Source: Escherichia phage LQ5
Strand: one strand, 5' to 3'
Sequence record: OR677401
Length of the DNA stretch: 64,000 nt
The notes below the pieces were generated by a model that saw only the letters and a program-made list of their open reading frames with translations, searched no databases and was not told the origin of the DNA. The position numbers and the translations under genes were made by a program. Positions 26,763 to 37,014 of the stretch are shown here, piece by piece (position 1 is the first letter of the stretch; each line of letters starts with the position of its first letter).

Positions 26763-27781
26763 AAATTTTGAATATAGGTGATTTGCATATCGGAGTAAAA
26801 GCCGATGACCCTTGGATTCAGGAAATCCAGCTTAACGGTATTAAACAGGCTGTAGAATATTCTAAAGCAAACAATATTGATACATGGATTCAATATGGTG
26901 ATTGGTTCGATGTACGCAAGGCTATCACCCATAAATGTATGGAATTTAATCGCGGTCTGGTGGAAATTATCAGCGATGCAGGTATTAAAGTCCATGTTAT
27001 AATTGGTAACCATGATGCAACGTTTAAAAATAGCATAACTCCTAATGCGGTTTCTGAACTTCTTACTCAGTATGAAAATTTTACTGTTTACGAGAAACCT
27101 ACTACGGTTAACTTTGATGGCACCGAAATTGATTTGATTCCATGGATGTGTGAAGAAAACACGACCGATATCATGGACCATATCAAAAATACCACAGCAG
27201 ATTTCTGTATAGGTCACTGGGAATTAAATGGTTTCTATTTCTATAAAGGAATGAAATCTCATGGTTTAGAACCTGATTTCCTTAAGAAGTATAAGCAAGT
27301 ATGGTCTGGCCACTTCCACACCATTTCTGATGCGGCAAACGTTAAGTATATTGGTACGCCCTGGACCCTAACTGCGGGTGATGAGAACGACCCTCGTGGC
27401 TTCTGGATTTTCGATACAGAAACCCATAAAATGGATTTCATCATCAATGAAACTTGTTGGCACCGTAAGATTCATTACCCGAATGCGACTATCGATTACA
27501 AAGATTTTACAAATATTGCGGTTCGTGTTATAGTCGATAAAATTGATGACGGGCTTACTAAGTTCGAATCAGAGCTTGAAAAGGTTGTCCACTCTTTGCG
27601 TATTGTGTCTAAGGTAGATAACAGTGTTGATATCGATGATTCTGAAGAGGAAGATGAAGTTAAGTCCCTCTTGGATATGATGTATGATTATATCGATGCC
27701 CTCCCTGATGGCCACACTGAAGACGATGTTAAAGCCCTTAAGACTATGGCCGCACAACTTTATAATGAGGTTACACGATGA
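26759..27781 (+). CDS. 47: recombination endonuclease subunit gp47 (Mre11-like)
   Basis: phosphoesterase motifs GDLHIG, GDWFD, GNHD; collinear with T4 gp47. Confidence 0.95.
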   Translation: MKILNIGDLHIGVKADDPWIQEIQLNGIKQAVEYSKANNIDTWIQYGDWFDVRKAITHKCMEFNRGLVEIISDAGIKVHVIIGNHDATFKNSITPNAVSELLTQYENFTVYEKPTTVNFDGTEIDLIPWMCEENTTDIMDHIKNTTADFCIGHWELNGFYFYKGMKSHGLEPDFLKKYKQVWSGHFHTISDAANVKYIGTPWTLTAGDENDPRGFWIFDTETHKMDFIINETCWHRKIHYPNATIDYKDFTNIAVRVIVDKIDDGLTKFESELEKVVHSLRIVSKVDNSVDIDDSEEEDEVKSLLDMMYDYIDALPDGHTEDDVKALKTMAAQLYNEVTR

Positions 27782-28041
27782 CTTTAGATGAATTCAAAAA
27801 ATCAGGCCTTGAACTAGAACACGACTGCATCGTTATTGATGACGATAACCAAACGAATATCATTAAGTTCTGGTTTGAAGCCGTGAGCACTCGCGATACC
27901 AACGAGCTTATTAAAGTTTATGTTGCTACTGATTGGGCTGTGGAATTTAGCTTTAATGTAATGGTAGATGATACTCCAGAAACATTAATTCATATGGCTG
28001 AATCATGCATCAAGGATGCTTATAATGATGAAAATGTATAA
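27778..28041 (+). CDS. hypothetical protein
   Basis: ATGA coupling. Confidence 0.55.
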   Translation: MTLDEFKKSGLELEHDCIVIDDDNQTNIIKFWFEAVSTRDTNELIKVYVATDWAVEFSFNVMVDDTPETLIHMAESCIKDAYNDENV

Positions 28042-28240
28042 ACATGATTTTCATATTGGCGATGGCTGGTTCGGTAATGTAGAATGGGACGTGGATGGTT
28101 CTTGGTATACCGGAACTATGTATGTCACTTCTGAATATTCTGAAGGTGTTTCATGGGCCATGGAACTTGACGACGTGTTTGCTTCTTCCGAAGAAATGCT
28201 AGAATATGCTGAACAAACAATTCGTGAGAACAATACATGA
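28016..28240 (+). CDS. hypothetical acidic protein
   Basis: ORF 74 aa. Confidence 0.5.
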   Translation: MLIMMKMYKHDFHIGDGWFGNVEWDVDGSWYTGTMYVTSEYSEGVSWAMELDDVFASSEEMLEYAEQTIRENNT

Positions 28241-29919
28241 AGACTTTTAAGTTAAAGAAAGTAACGTATAAAAATATTATGTCGGTAGGCCAGCAACCTA
28301 TTACAATCCAACTTGACAAGGTCCAAAAGACCTTAGTCACCGGTAAAAATGGTGCTGGGAAATCTACGTTCCTTGAAGCCGTTACATTTGCTCTGTTCGG
28401 TAAGCCTTTTCGTGATGTTAAGAAAGGGCAGTTGATTAACTCAAGTAATAAGAAAGACCTTTTGGTCGAACTGTGGATGGAATATGATGGCAAAGAATAC
28501 TACATCAAACGTGGGCAAAAACCGAACGTTTTTGAAATCTCTTGTGGCGGTGAACGTCTTGATGAATCTGCCAGCAGTAAAGACTTCCAAGCAGAATTTG
28601 AACAGCTTATCGGAATGTCCTATGCAAGCTTCAAACAGATTGTCGTACTTGGTACAGCAGGGTATACCCCTTTCATGGGTTTGTCGACCCCTGCGCGCCG
28701 AAAGCTTGTGGAAGACCTCTTAGAGGTTTCTGTATTAGCGGATATGGATAAGTTGAACAAATCTTTGATTCGCGAGACTAATAGCCAAATCCAAGTAATA
28801 GACGTTAAGCAGGATTCTATTACCCAACAGATTAAAATTTATAATGACAACGAAGAACGTCAACGTAAATTATCCGGCGAGAACGCAGCAAGACTACAAG
28901 TAATGTATGACGAGCTCGTTAAAGAAGCCAGGACTGCGAAGGGCCATATAGAAAAACTAACTGATGAATTACTCAATGTCATTGTCGACGATGACCCTAG
29001 CAACTCCATGAGTGACCTGAGCAATAAAGGGTTTGCAATCAAGAATGATATGGCAACCTTTACTAAGGTCGTGAAATTATACGAAACCGGTGGTAGTTGT
29101 CCTACATGTATGCAAGGATTGGAAGAGCATGGAAATATCCTTACTAAAATTAAGGATAAGAACTTTGAGCTTCAAAAATCTTTGGATAAGATTAACGAGC
29201 AATACCAAGAGCTCAAACTTATTAAAGACCAAGTAACTGAGCAACGTAATAAAGCGCTGGCTATTAAATCTCAGATAGCTACTCATAAGCAACAAGCTGT
29301 TACTGCTGTAGAGAAAGCTAAAAAGGTTAAAGTATTAATCGACCAAGCCGCTGCTGAGTTCGTAAGTAATGCCGAAGAGATTGCAGCGCTTCAAGCAGAG
29401 CTTGATAAAATCGTCTCTACCAAATCGTCCTTGGTAATGGAAAAATACCATCGTGGAATTCTGACAGAAATGTTGAAGGATACAGGTATTAAAGGTTCCA
29501 TTATTAAGAAATACATTCCTATCTTTAATAAGCAGATAAATTCTTATTTGAAGATTATGGAAGCCGACTACGTCTTTACACTAGACGAAGAGTTCAATGA
29601 GACGATTAAATCACGTGGGCGTGAAGACTTTAGTTATGCTTCATTTTCACAGGGTGAGAAAGCACGTATTGATATCGCACTACTTTTTACATGGCGTGAT
29701 ATTGCTTCTAAGGTATCAGGTGTTAATATCAGCACGTTAATTCTTGATGAGGTATTTGACAGTGCTACTGACGCTGAAGGCGTTAAGACCATTGCAACCA
29801 TCTTGAATAGCCTTGAGGATACGAACGTGTTCATTATCTCTCACCGAGACCATGACCCACAAGCATATGGCCAACATCTTCAAATGAAGAAAGTTGGACG
29901 ATTCACGGTGTTGGAATGA
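28237..29919 (+). CDS. 46: recombination endonuclease subunit gp46 (Rad50/SbcC-like ATPase)
   Basis: Walker A GKNGAGKST, CPTC zinc hook, signature FSQGEKARIDIALL, Walker B LILDEVFD. Confidence 0.95.
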   Translation: MKTFKLKKVTYKNIMSVGQQPITIQLDKVQKTLVTGKNGAGKSTFLEAVTFALFGKPFRDVKKGQLINSSNKKDLLVELWMEYDGKEYYIKRGQKPNVFEISCGGERLDESASSKDFQAEFEQLIGMSYASFKQIVVLGTAGYTPFMGLSTPARRKLVEDLLEVSVLADMDKLNKSLIRETNSQIQVIDVKQDSITQQIKIYNDNEERQRKLSGENAARLQVMYDELVKEARTAKGHIEKLTDELLNVIVDDDPSNSMSDLSNKGFAIKNDMATFTKVVKLYETGGSCPTCMQGLEEHGNILTKIKDKNFELQKSLDKINEQYQELKLIKDQVTEQRNKALAIKSQIATHKQQAVTAVEKAKKVKVLIDQAAAEFVSNAEEIAALQAELDKIVSTKSSLVMEKYHRGILTEMLKDTGIKGSIIKKYIPIFNKQINSYLKIMEADYVFTLDEEFNETIKSRGREDFSYASFSQGEKARIDIALLFTWRDIASKVSGVNISTLILDEVFDSATDAEGVKTIATILNSLEDTNVFIISHRDHDPQAYGQHLQMKKVGRFTVLE

Positions 29920-30107
29920 GTGATTTTATAACAGGCCAGCATTTGTTGGCCGTTCCTGAACTAAAGCGGTATGTTTTAGTTAATAACTTCTCTGGAGACG
30001 AACATCTTGTTACTGAAGATTATCTCCGAAATGCTTTTACGACAGAGTATGATAAAATCATGTCGAACAGGAACCCTGCCTGGTTCGTTTATGAATACTT
30101 TGATTAA
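29916..30107 (+). CDS. hypothetical protein
   Basis: ATGA coupling. Confidence 0.5.
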   Translation: MSDFITGQHLLAVPELKRYVLVNNFSGDEHLVTEDYLRNAFTTEYDKIMSNRNPAWFVYEYFD

Positions 30108-30115
30108 ACGTTAAG

Positions 30116-30139
30116 TGCTTTAAAATATTGATTTATAAT
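30116..30139 (+). promoter_or_regulatory. possible MotA-dependent middle promoter
   Basis: TGCTTTA box 30116-30122, 11-nt gap, TATAAT 30134-30139. Confidence 0.4.
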
Positions 30140-30169
30140 ACATCTACCAACCAAATGAGAGAAAATATT

Positions 30170-30583
30170 ATGTTTGCTAACGCTATTACTGTTAAAGATA
30201 TCCAAGTTAAAACCATTCGTACCGATTCCAACCCGCACAATCAAAATCGTATTCGTAAATCATGGGTACTGAATATTGATACCAACTCTGCACGTCGTCT
30301 GCAGTCTCTTCCACAAGAAACTAAGTTCATGCTCTACGGTATCATTGATAACGACGTATCTGATAAGTGGGTAGAAATCATGCGTCGTCATTATAACGAT
30401 TCGCTGGCCGCAGGTGCTAAACTGGTTATCGACCGTGATGGTTCTGAACGTCTCGAAGATGATTATTGCGTAGATTTTGACGAACAGTTGCTTGAAGCCG
30501 GTGCTATTGTTGCTTCCCAGATTCCAGAGTATATTGAATCTCTGCCTGAATCCATTCGTAAACAAATGATCGTTATTGCTTAA
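30170..30583 (+). CDS. rpbA: RpbA-like RNA polymerase-binding protein (positional call)
   Basis: 138 aa between gene 46 and gene 45 as in T4. Confidence 0.4.
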   Translation: MFANAITVKDIQVKTIRTDSNPHNQNRIRKSWVLNIDTNSARRLQSLPQETKFMLYGIIDNDVSDKWVEIMRRHYNDSLAAGAKLVIDRDGSERLEDDYCVDFDEQLLEAGAIVASQIPEYIESLPESIRKQMIVIA

Positions 30584-30607
30584 TTTTTGACTTGATAAGG
30601 AAACATT

Positions 30608-31306
30608 ATGAAATTCTCTAAAGAAACTCTGAACATTCTGAAAAACTTCTCCAGTATTAACCCAGGTATCATGCTTAAGCCTGGTAACACTATTCTAACT
30701 CGTTCAGTAACGGGTGCAAGTTATGGTGAAGCTACTGTAAGCGATACCTTTGATATCGAAGCCGCAATCTATGATTTGAACGGCTTCTTAAGTATTCTGT
30801 CATTGGTATCTGATAGTGCTGAAGTTTCGGTAAGTGAAGACCAAACCACCTTAATTATTAAAGACCAACGTTCAACTATTAAATGGCCTATTGCCGACCC
30901 AAGTACAATTGCATTCCCAAGCAAAGCTATTCCATTCCCGGTGGCTGAAGTTATTTTTGACCTTAAAGCCGAAGATTACCAACAGTTGATGCGTGTGTCC
31001 TCTGGATTGAGTATTGATACATTTGCTATCACTGTAGACAACGGTAAAATTGTAATCAATGGCTACAAACAAGTTGATGATAAGGACCTGGCACGTCCAT
31101 TGTATTCCTTAGTGGTTGCAGACCATGATGGTCCTGAATTCAAATTCATTATCAACAAAACCAATATGAAAATGATGCCTGCTGATTACCATGTATTGCT
31201 ATGGGCTCGTGGTGAAGGTCAGGATGCTCGTTTCGCAGCCAAGTTTGAAGGTTCACAAGCTTCTTATGTATTGGCTATGGAAGCAGGCTCAAGCCACTCG
31301 TTCTAA
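30608..31306 (+). CDS. 45: sliding clamp gp45
   Basis: collinear with T4 gp45 N-terminus as recalled (LKNF..IN.GIMLK.G..I.TR.V.G..Y.EA..SD..D...AIYDLNGFL.ILSLV). Confidence 0.95.
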   Translation: MKFSKETLNILKNFSSINPGIMLKPGNTILTRSVTGASYGEATVSDTFDIEAAIYDLNGFLSILSLVSDSAEVSVSEDQTTLIIKDQRSTIKWPIADPSTIAFPSKAIPFPVAEVIFDLKAEDYQQLMRVSSGLSIDTFAITVDNGKIVINGYKQVDDKDLARPLYSLVVADHDGPEFKFIINKTNMKMMPADYHVLLWARGEGQDARFAAKFEGSQASYVLAMEAGSSHSF

Positions 31307-31872
31307 TGTACATTTGCTATCATAATACAATAACAAATACCAAAACTAAGGATGTCTACCATTATTTCGGTAGACACCGTGTTACTCCTGAAGAATATTA
31401 TGGTACTGGTAAATTTGTTAAGAAATGCAAACGAGAAAATGCTATAACTCCTGGTGTTTGGGAGTTTAGTATTGAGGTTGTCCACAAAGCGGATACATTT
31501 AAAGAAGCCAAACTTATTGAAGAGGCACTTGTTAAAGAAGGTATTGCCAAGTATGGTTCACGTTGTGTTAATAAAGCTCCCGGTGGTCCGGGTGGTGTAG
31601 ATTTCCACAGTGCTGAATCTAAACGTAAGATGTCTATCAGCCGAACCGGAAAATCAAGAACATTTTCCGAAAGCCATAAGCTTAATTGCTCTAAATGGCA
31701 ACGCTCTGAAATATGGCAGAATTATGAAGAGCTCCGTAAGATTTGGATAGAACTTGGTATGCCTAAAAAGGGTAGATTTAGTACGCTTTTACAAAATTAT
31801 GGATATAATTATTCTGCAAACGAATTGAATAAAATTGTTAAACATTTTAATGAGGAAAATAATAATGAGTAA
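31306..31872 (+). CDS. degenerate GIY-YIG/seg-like homing endonuclease-like protein
   Basis: YICYHNTITNTKTKDVYHYFG N-terminus parallels the 25908 gene; C-terminal HSAESKRKMSISRTGKSRTFSESHK resembles DNA-binding repeats of phage homing endonucleases; inserted between genes 45 and 44. Confidence 0.4.
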   Translation: MYICYHNTITNTKTKDVYHYFGRHRVTPEEYYGTGKFVKKCKRENAITPGVWEFSIEVVHKADTFKEAKLIEEALVKEGIAKYGSRCVNKAPGGPGGVDFHSAESKRKMSISRTGKSRTFSESHKLNCSKWQRSEIWQNYEELRKIWIELGMPKKGRFSTLLQNYGYNYSANELNKIVKHFNEENNNE

Positions 31873-32842
31873 AGTGGTAAATGGTTTAACTATTAATGAA
31901 AATGACTTCATGTGGGAACAGAAATATCGTCCGGGTACTTTATCTGAATGTATTCTGCCTGCACATGATAAAGAAACTCTCCAAGCCATTGTTAATAAGG
32001 GTCTAATCCCTAACATTATCCTAGTCTCTGCTTCACCAGGCACAGGTAAAACTACCGTAGCTAAAGCATTGTGTGCTGATACAAATTCAGATATGCTTTT
32101 TGTTAACGGTTCCGACTGCCGTATTGATTTCGTTCGTAATGAACTTACTCGTTTTGCATCTTCCAAATCTATCGAAGGTAAACGTAAGGTAATTGTTATC
32201 GACGAATTCGACCGCGCAGGTGTTGCTGAAGCTCAACGTCACCTTCGTTCATTCTTAGAGGCCTATTCCTCAAACTGTTCTGTAATTATTACAGCAAACA
32301 ATATTGATGGTATTATCGGCCCACTTCAATCCCGTTGTCGTGTTATTAAATTTGGTGAAGCCACTCCAGCCGACCAAACATCCATGATGAAAGAAATGAT
32401 TCATCGTGCTGTAGCAATCTGTAAAAACGAAAATATCGAAGTCGAAGACCTTAAAGTTATTGCTGCCTTAGTTAAACAAAACTTTCCTGACTTCCGTAAA
32501 ACAGTTAACCAACTGGACCGTTACTCATCCGGTGGTAAAATCGATACAGGCATTTTGAGTATTGTAATGAATACCAATTCGCCTATCGATGAAGTAGTGG
32601 CTGCACTTAAAGATAAAAACTTTAAAGAACTCCGTGCATTAGCTCCACGCCATGTCAATGACTATTCCAACTTTATTATGTCGCTGGCTAACGAACTCTA
32701 TGGTAAATTGCCTGGGCCAAGCATTGTTAGAATGTACGAAATTGTCGGTGAAAATAACCAATACCATGGTATTGCGGCCAACCCAGAAATTCACATGACT
32801 TATCTGTTCATCCAACTTGCTCTGGAGCTCCAATGGCTATAA
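31865..32842 (+). CDS. 44: clamp loader large subunit gp44 (AAA+)
   Basis: Walker A SPGTGKTT, DEFDR, SRC motif; collinear with T4 gp44. Confidence 0.95.
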   Translation: MSKVVNGLTINENDFMWEQKYRPGTLSECILPAHDKETLQAIVNKGLIPNIILVSASPGTGKTTVAKALCADTNSDMLFVNGSDCRIDFVRNELTRFASSKSIEGKRKVIVIDEFDRAGVAEAQRHLRSFLEAYSSNCSVIITANNIDGIIGPLQSRCRVIKFGEATPADQTSMMKEMIHRAVAICKNENIEVEDLKVIAALVKQNFPDFRKTVNQLDRYSSGGKIDTGILSIVMNTNSPIDEVVAALKDKNFKELRALAPRHVNDYSNFIMSLANELYGKLPGPSIVRMYEIVGENNQYHGIAANPEIHMTYLFIQLALELQWL

Positions 32843-33405
32843 GTCTTTTTGATGATGACGTCGAACTGAACGAACATGAAGTTGCTTGGAAATCACGTAA
32901 TGACGCTGCAATTCAAGCCTTGGCCGATTCATTTAAAGAAAAGGCTGAAAACGAACTGTTCGCTATTATGAACGATATCACGTATGGTAAGAACCAACGT
33001 AACCTGGCTCAATCGGAAAACTATAATCAATTTTGGCTCGATAATAGTTTGAGCCAACATGTGGATTGCATTATGCAAGCTGCAATGGTTAACTGTTTGA
33101 AACTTGATGACCAAAGTCATTTCAACTATCTTTTACACGCAGTTCCTAAGGGTAAGAGATTTGGTAAATGGGCTAAGGCCCGTGATGATGAAGTTAGTGT
33201 AGTTTTTATTACTCGTTTATTGATGAAATACCATTCAATTAATAATGATGACGCTTATCGTTATCTCGAGACTTATAAAATTAAAGGACATCTTCCAGCG
33301 GTTCTTAAGAAGATGAAAGGGCTGGTTACTGACGAGTTCCTGAAATCCGTAACCAAAAATGTTAAAGAACAAAAAGACTTGAAAAAGAAAGCATTGGAAT
33401 GGTAA
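32833..33405 (+). CDS. 62: clamp loader small subunit gp62
   Basis: position and size (190 aa) between gene 44 and regA. Confidence 0.8.
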   Translation: MAISLFDDDVELNEHEVAWKSRNDAAIQALADSFKEKAENELFAIMNDITYGKNQRNLAQSENYNQFWLDNSLSQHVDCIMQAAMVNCLKLDDQSHFNYLLHAVPKGKRFGKWAKARDDEVSVVFITRLLMKYHSINNDDAYRYLETYKIKGHLPAVLKKMKGLVTDEFLKSVTKNVKEQKDLKKKALEW

Positions 33406-33411
33406 ATTAAA

Positions 33412-33774
33412 ATGATTGAAATTACTCTGAAACAACCTGAAGACTTCTTGAAAGTGAAAGAGACCCTAACTCGTATGGGTATCGCTAATAATAAAGAAAA
33501 GAAACTATATCAATCCTGCCACATTCTGCAAAAGCAAGGGCTATATTATATCGTCCACTTTAAAGAGATGTTACGTATGGATGGCCGCCAAGTTGATATC
33601 GATGGTGAAGACTATCAACGTCGAGATTCAATTGCCCAGCTTCTTAAGGAGTGGGGACTGATTGATATCGTAGACGACTCTGAGCTGTTCGAAATCACTA
33701 ATAATTTCCGTGTCATTTCCTTTAAGCAGAAAAATGACTGGGAACTACTGTCTAAATACACAATCGGTAATTAA
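33412..33774 (+). CDS. regA: translational repressor RegA
   Basis: 120 aa, position immediately upstream of gene 43, matches T4 RegA as recalled. Confidence 0.9.
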   Translation: MIEITLKQPEDFLKVKETLTRMGIANNKEKKLYQSCHILQKQGLYYIVHFKEMLRMDGRQVDIDGEDYQRRDSIAQLLKEWGLIDIVDDSELFEITNNFRVISFKQKNDWELLSKYTIGN

Positions 33775-33783
33775 ATTAAGCAA

Positions 33784-33806
33784 AGGGACTTCGGTCCCCT
33801 TTTTGG
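33784..33806 (+). terminator. rho-independent terminator
   Basis: gggac-ttcg-gtccc then T-tract. Confidence 0.8.
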
Positions 33807-33862
33807 AGTATAATAATTCATCAACAAACAAAAGACAATCACTCGTCTATAAAGGAAATGAA

Positions 33863-36574
33863 ATGCAAGAATTCTATTTGACAGTCGAACAAATCGGTGA
33901 TAATATTCTCGAACGTTACATCGATAAAAATGGTAACGAACGTAGTCGTGAAGTTCCATACAAGCCTACAATGTTTATGCATGCTAATCCAGAGCAAGCC
34001 GTAAAATACATTGATATCTATGGTAAGGGTTGTGTTAAGAAAGAATTCGACTCTATGCGTGATGCATCCCAATGGATGAAACGTATGGATGATATGGGCC
34101 TCGAAGCCCTGGGTATGGACGACTATAAATTAGCCTATTTGTCTGATACCTATCGTAAAGAAATCAAATATGATTCTTCTAAGATTCGTATTGCTAACTT
34201 CGACATCGAGGTAACATCTCCTGATGGATTCCCTGAACCAGCTCAGGCTAAACATCCTATCGATGCCATTACCCACTACGACTCGATTGACGATAAATTC
34301 TATGTATTCGACCTTTTAGTTTCGCCTTATGGTACTGTTGAAGAGTGGTCGATTAAAATCGCTGAGAAACTCCAAGACGAAGGTGGTGACGAAGTTCCAC
34401 AGGAAATCATTGACAAAATCGTTTATCTTCCGTTTAATTCTGAAGAAGAAATGATGCTTGAGTACTTGAATTTCTGGCAACAGAAAACTCCTGTGATTTT
34501 GACTGGATGGAACGTTGAGTCGTTTGACGTACCGTACGTTTATAACCGTCTGAAAAATCTGTTCGGTGAGAACACTGCTAAGCGATTAAGCCCACATCGT
34601 AAAACTCGTGTTAAAGTTATTGAGAACATGTACGGTGCTCGTGAAATCATTACATTGTTCGGTATCTCTGTTCTGGATTATATCGACCTCTATAAAAAAT
34701 TCAGCTTCACCAACCAGCCTTCTTATTCTCTGGATTATGTTTCTGAATATGAATTGAAAGTGGGTAAGTTGAAATATGATGGTCCAATCTCTAAGTTACG
34801 TGAGACGAACCACCAACGATATATTTCCTATAACATTATCGACGTATATCGTGTAGTGCAGATTGATATGAAGCGTCAGTTCATTCTTCTGAGTTTGGAC
34901 ATGGGTTATTATGCCAAGATGCAGATTCAGTCGGTGTTCAGTCCAATTAAGACTTGGGACGCTATTATCTTTAATAGCCTTAAAGAGCAAGGCAAGGTAA
35001 TTCCACAAGCTCGTTCACACGTGGTTCAACCTTATCCCGGTGCTTTCGTTAAGGAACCTATTCCTAACGCTTACAAATATGTAATGAGTTTCGACCTTAC
35101 ATCTCTGTACCCGAGTATCATTCGACAAGTGAATATAAGCCCAGAGACCATCGCAGGGACATTCGCTAACGCACCGATACATGAATATATTGCCGGAACA
35201 GCTCCGCGTCCTAGCGACGTCTACAGTTGCTCTCCTAACGGCATGATGTACTATAAAGACCGCGATGGTGTGATTCCTACAGAAATCACCAAGGTGTTCT
35301 TACAACGTAAAGAACATAAAGGTTATATGCTTGCAGCTCAACGTAATGGTGAGTTAATTAAAGAAGCATTAGAAAATCCTAATCTCTCGGTTGATAGTCC
35401 ACTGGATATCGATTATCGTTTTGACTTCTCTGACGAAATCAAAGCCAAGATTAAAACGCTGTCAGCACCTTCTTTAAGAGAAATGTTGTTCAGAGCTGAA
35501 CGTACCGAAGTTGCAGGTATGACTGCTCAGATTAACCGTAAGTTGCTTATCAACTCCCTTTATGGTGCACTTGGTAACGTATGGTTCCGTTATTACGACC
35601 TCAGGAACGCAACTGCAATCACATTGTTTGGTCAAATGGCCCTCCAATGGATTGAACGTAAGGTTAACGAATATCTGAATAGCGTGTGTAAGACTGAAAA
35701 CCAGAAGTTCGTGCTCTATGGTGATACTGACTCCATTTATGTTAAGGCGGATGCAATCATCAATAAAGTAGGCGAAGACAAATTCCGTGATACTAACCAC
35801 TGGGTTGACTTCTTAGATAAATTTGCACGTGAACGTATGGAACCGGCTATTGATGCAGGCTTCCGTGAGATGTGCGAGTACATGAACAACAAACAGCACT
35901 TGATGTTCATGGACCGAGAAGCTATCGCAGGTCCTCCACTTGGTTCTAAAGGTCTTGGTGGATTCTGGACAGGTAAGAAACGTTATGCACTGAACGTTTG
36001 GGACATGGAAGGTACTCGTTATGCCGAACCGCACTTGAAAATCATGGGTCTCGAAACCCAGAAATCAAGTACACCTAAAGCAGTTCAGAAAGCTCTGAAA
36101 GAATGTATCCGTCGTATGCTTCAGGAAGGCGAGGCCTCTTTGCAAGAATATTTCAAACAGTTTAATAAGGAATTTAACGAACTAAACTATGTAAGCATTG
36201 CAGCAGTATCCAGTGCTAACAACATCGAGAAATATAATGAAGGTGGATTCCCGGGTTCTAAATGTCCATACCACATCAAAGGTTGCTTAGCTTACATGCG
36301 TGCTTCTGCAGGTGATTTGACTATGCCTCGTATCGTTGATGGTGAAAAGGTATATGTACTGCCACTTAAAGAAGGCAACCCGTTTGGTGAAGCTTGTATG
36401 GCATGGCCGTCAGGTATTGAACTTCCGGTTCAGATTCGTGACCAAGTCCTCCGTTGGATGGACTACAACGTACTGTTCCAAAAGACCTTTATCAAACCTC
36501 TGACCGGTTTTACTGAGTCTGCTAAAATCGACTACGAGAAAAAAGCAACATTATTTGATATGTTCGACTTTTAA
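33863..36574 (+). CDS. 43: DNA polymerase gp43 (family B)
   Basis: exo motifs FDIEV, YNIIDV; pol motifs DLTSLYPS, YGDTDS; very close to RB69 gp43 as recalled; start trimmed to MQEFYLT. Confidence 0.97.
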   Translation: MQEFYLTVEQIGDNILERYIDKNGNERSREVPYKPTMFMHANPEQAVKYIDIYGKGCVKKEFDSMRDASQWMKRMDDMGLEALGMDDYKLAYLSDTYRKEIKYDSSKIRIANFDIEVTSPDGFPEPAQAKHPIDAITHYDSIDDKFYVFDLLVSPYGTVEEWSIKIAEKLQDEGGDEVPQEIIDKIVYLPFNSEEEMMLEYLNFWQQKTPVILTGWNVESFDVPYVYNRLKNLFGENTAKRLSPHRKTRVKVIENMYGAREIITLFGISVLDYIDLYKKFSFTNQPSYSLDYVSEYELKVGKLKYDGPISKLRETNHQRYISYNIIDVYRVVQIDMKRQFILLSLDMGYYAKMQIQSVFSPIKTWDAIIFNSLKEQGKVIPQARSHVVQPYPGAFVKEPIPNAYKYVMSFDLTSLYPSIIRQVNISPETIAGTFANAPIHEYIAGTAPRPSDVYSCSPNGMMYYKDRDGVIPTEITKVFLQRKEHKGYMLAAQRNGELIKEALENPNLSVDSPLDIDYRFDFSDEIKAKIKTLSAPSLREMLFRAERTEVAGMTAQINRKLLINSLYGALGNVWFRYYDLRNATAITLFGQMALQWIERKVNEYLNSVCKTENQKFVLYGDTDSIYVKADAIINKVGEDKFRDTNHWVDFLDKFARERMEPAIDAGFREMCEYMNNKQHLMFMDREAIAGPPLGSKGLGGFWTGKKRYALNVWDMEGTRYAEPHLKIMGLETQKSSTPKAVQKALKECIRRMLQEGEASLQEYFKQFNKEFNELNYVSIAAVSSANNIEKYNEGGFPGSKCPYHIKGCLAYMRASAGDLTMPRIVDGEKVYVLPLKEGNPFGEACMAWPSGIELPVQIRDQVLRWMDYNVLFQKTFIKPLTGFTESAKIDYEKKATLFDMFDF

Positions 36575-36576
36575 GT

Positions 36577-36606
36577 GTTTACATACCACAAGGAACGTGG
36601 TAGTAT
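36577..36606 (+). promoter_or_regulatory. T4-type early promoter
   Basis: GTTTAC ... TAGTAT then cctatcaac. Confidence 0.55.
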
Positions 36607-36636
36607 CCTTCCTATCAACTACATGAGGAAATTACA

Positions 36637-36873
36637 ATGGAAGCTTTAATCGTTAGTGCTGGTGTTTTAGGATTCGGTTCTCTGGTTATTATGTTCATCG
36701 GTTACTTTTTACCATGGATTCTGGCTCTTCTGCGAGGCACTCGTAGTAATGTCGGAATTTTCTTCCTTAATCTCCTGTTAGGCTGGACGATGATTGGTTG
36801 GGTAGTGGCTTTAATCTGGGCTATCGTCGCTGAACGTAAATCAAACGCACAAATCATTATTGTTAAGCAATGA
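36637..36873 (+). CDS. imm: superinfection-immunity (Imm)-like small membrane protein
   Basis: two TM helices with GIFFLNLLLGWTMIGWVVALIWAI; position between genes 43 and 42 as for T4 imm. Confidence 0.4.
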   Translation: MEALIVSAGVLGFGSLVIMFIGYFLPWILALLRGTRSNVGIFFLNLLLGWTMIGWVVALIWAIVAERKSNAQIIIVKQ

Positions 36874-37007
36874 AAATAATTATTTTATTTCTTATAATGA
36901 CTGCCTTTACCATTTATTGGGCAGTGGCAATTCCGCCAATGATTCCGACACTAATCATCGGATGGATTATTCTTATAGCACAAATTAAGTATAACTGTTT
37001 TAATTGA
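36870..37007 (+). CDS. hydrophobic micro-protein (45 aa)
   Basis: ATGA-coupled; single TM; not in ORF track (below 60 aa). Confidence 0.35.
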   Translation: MKIIILFLIMTAFTIYWAVAIPPMIPTLIIGWIILIAQIKYNCFN

Positions 37008-37014
37008 GGATATT

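Noticed and set aside
31835-31864. Longer N-terminal extension of gp44 proposed by the ORF track (start 31835)
   Set aside because: Comparison with T4 gp44 as recalled supports the start at 31865 (MSKVVNG...); the upstream codons belong to the overlapping seg-like ORF region.
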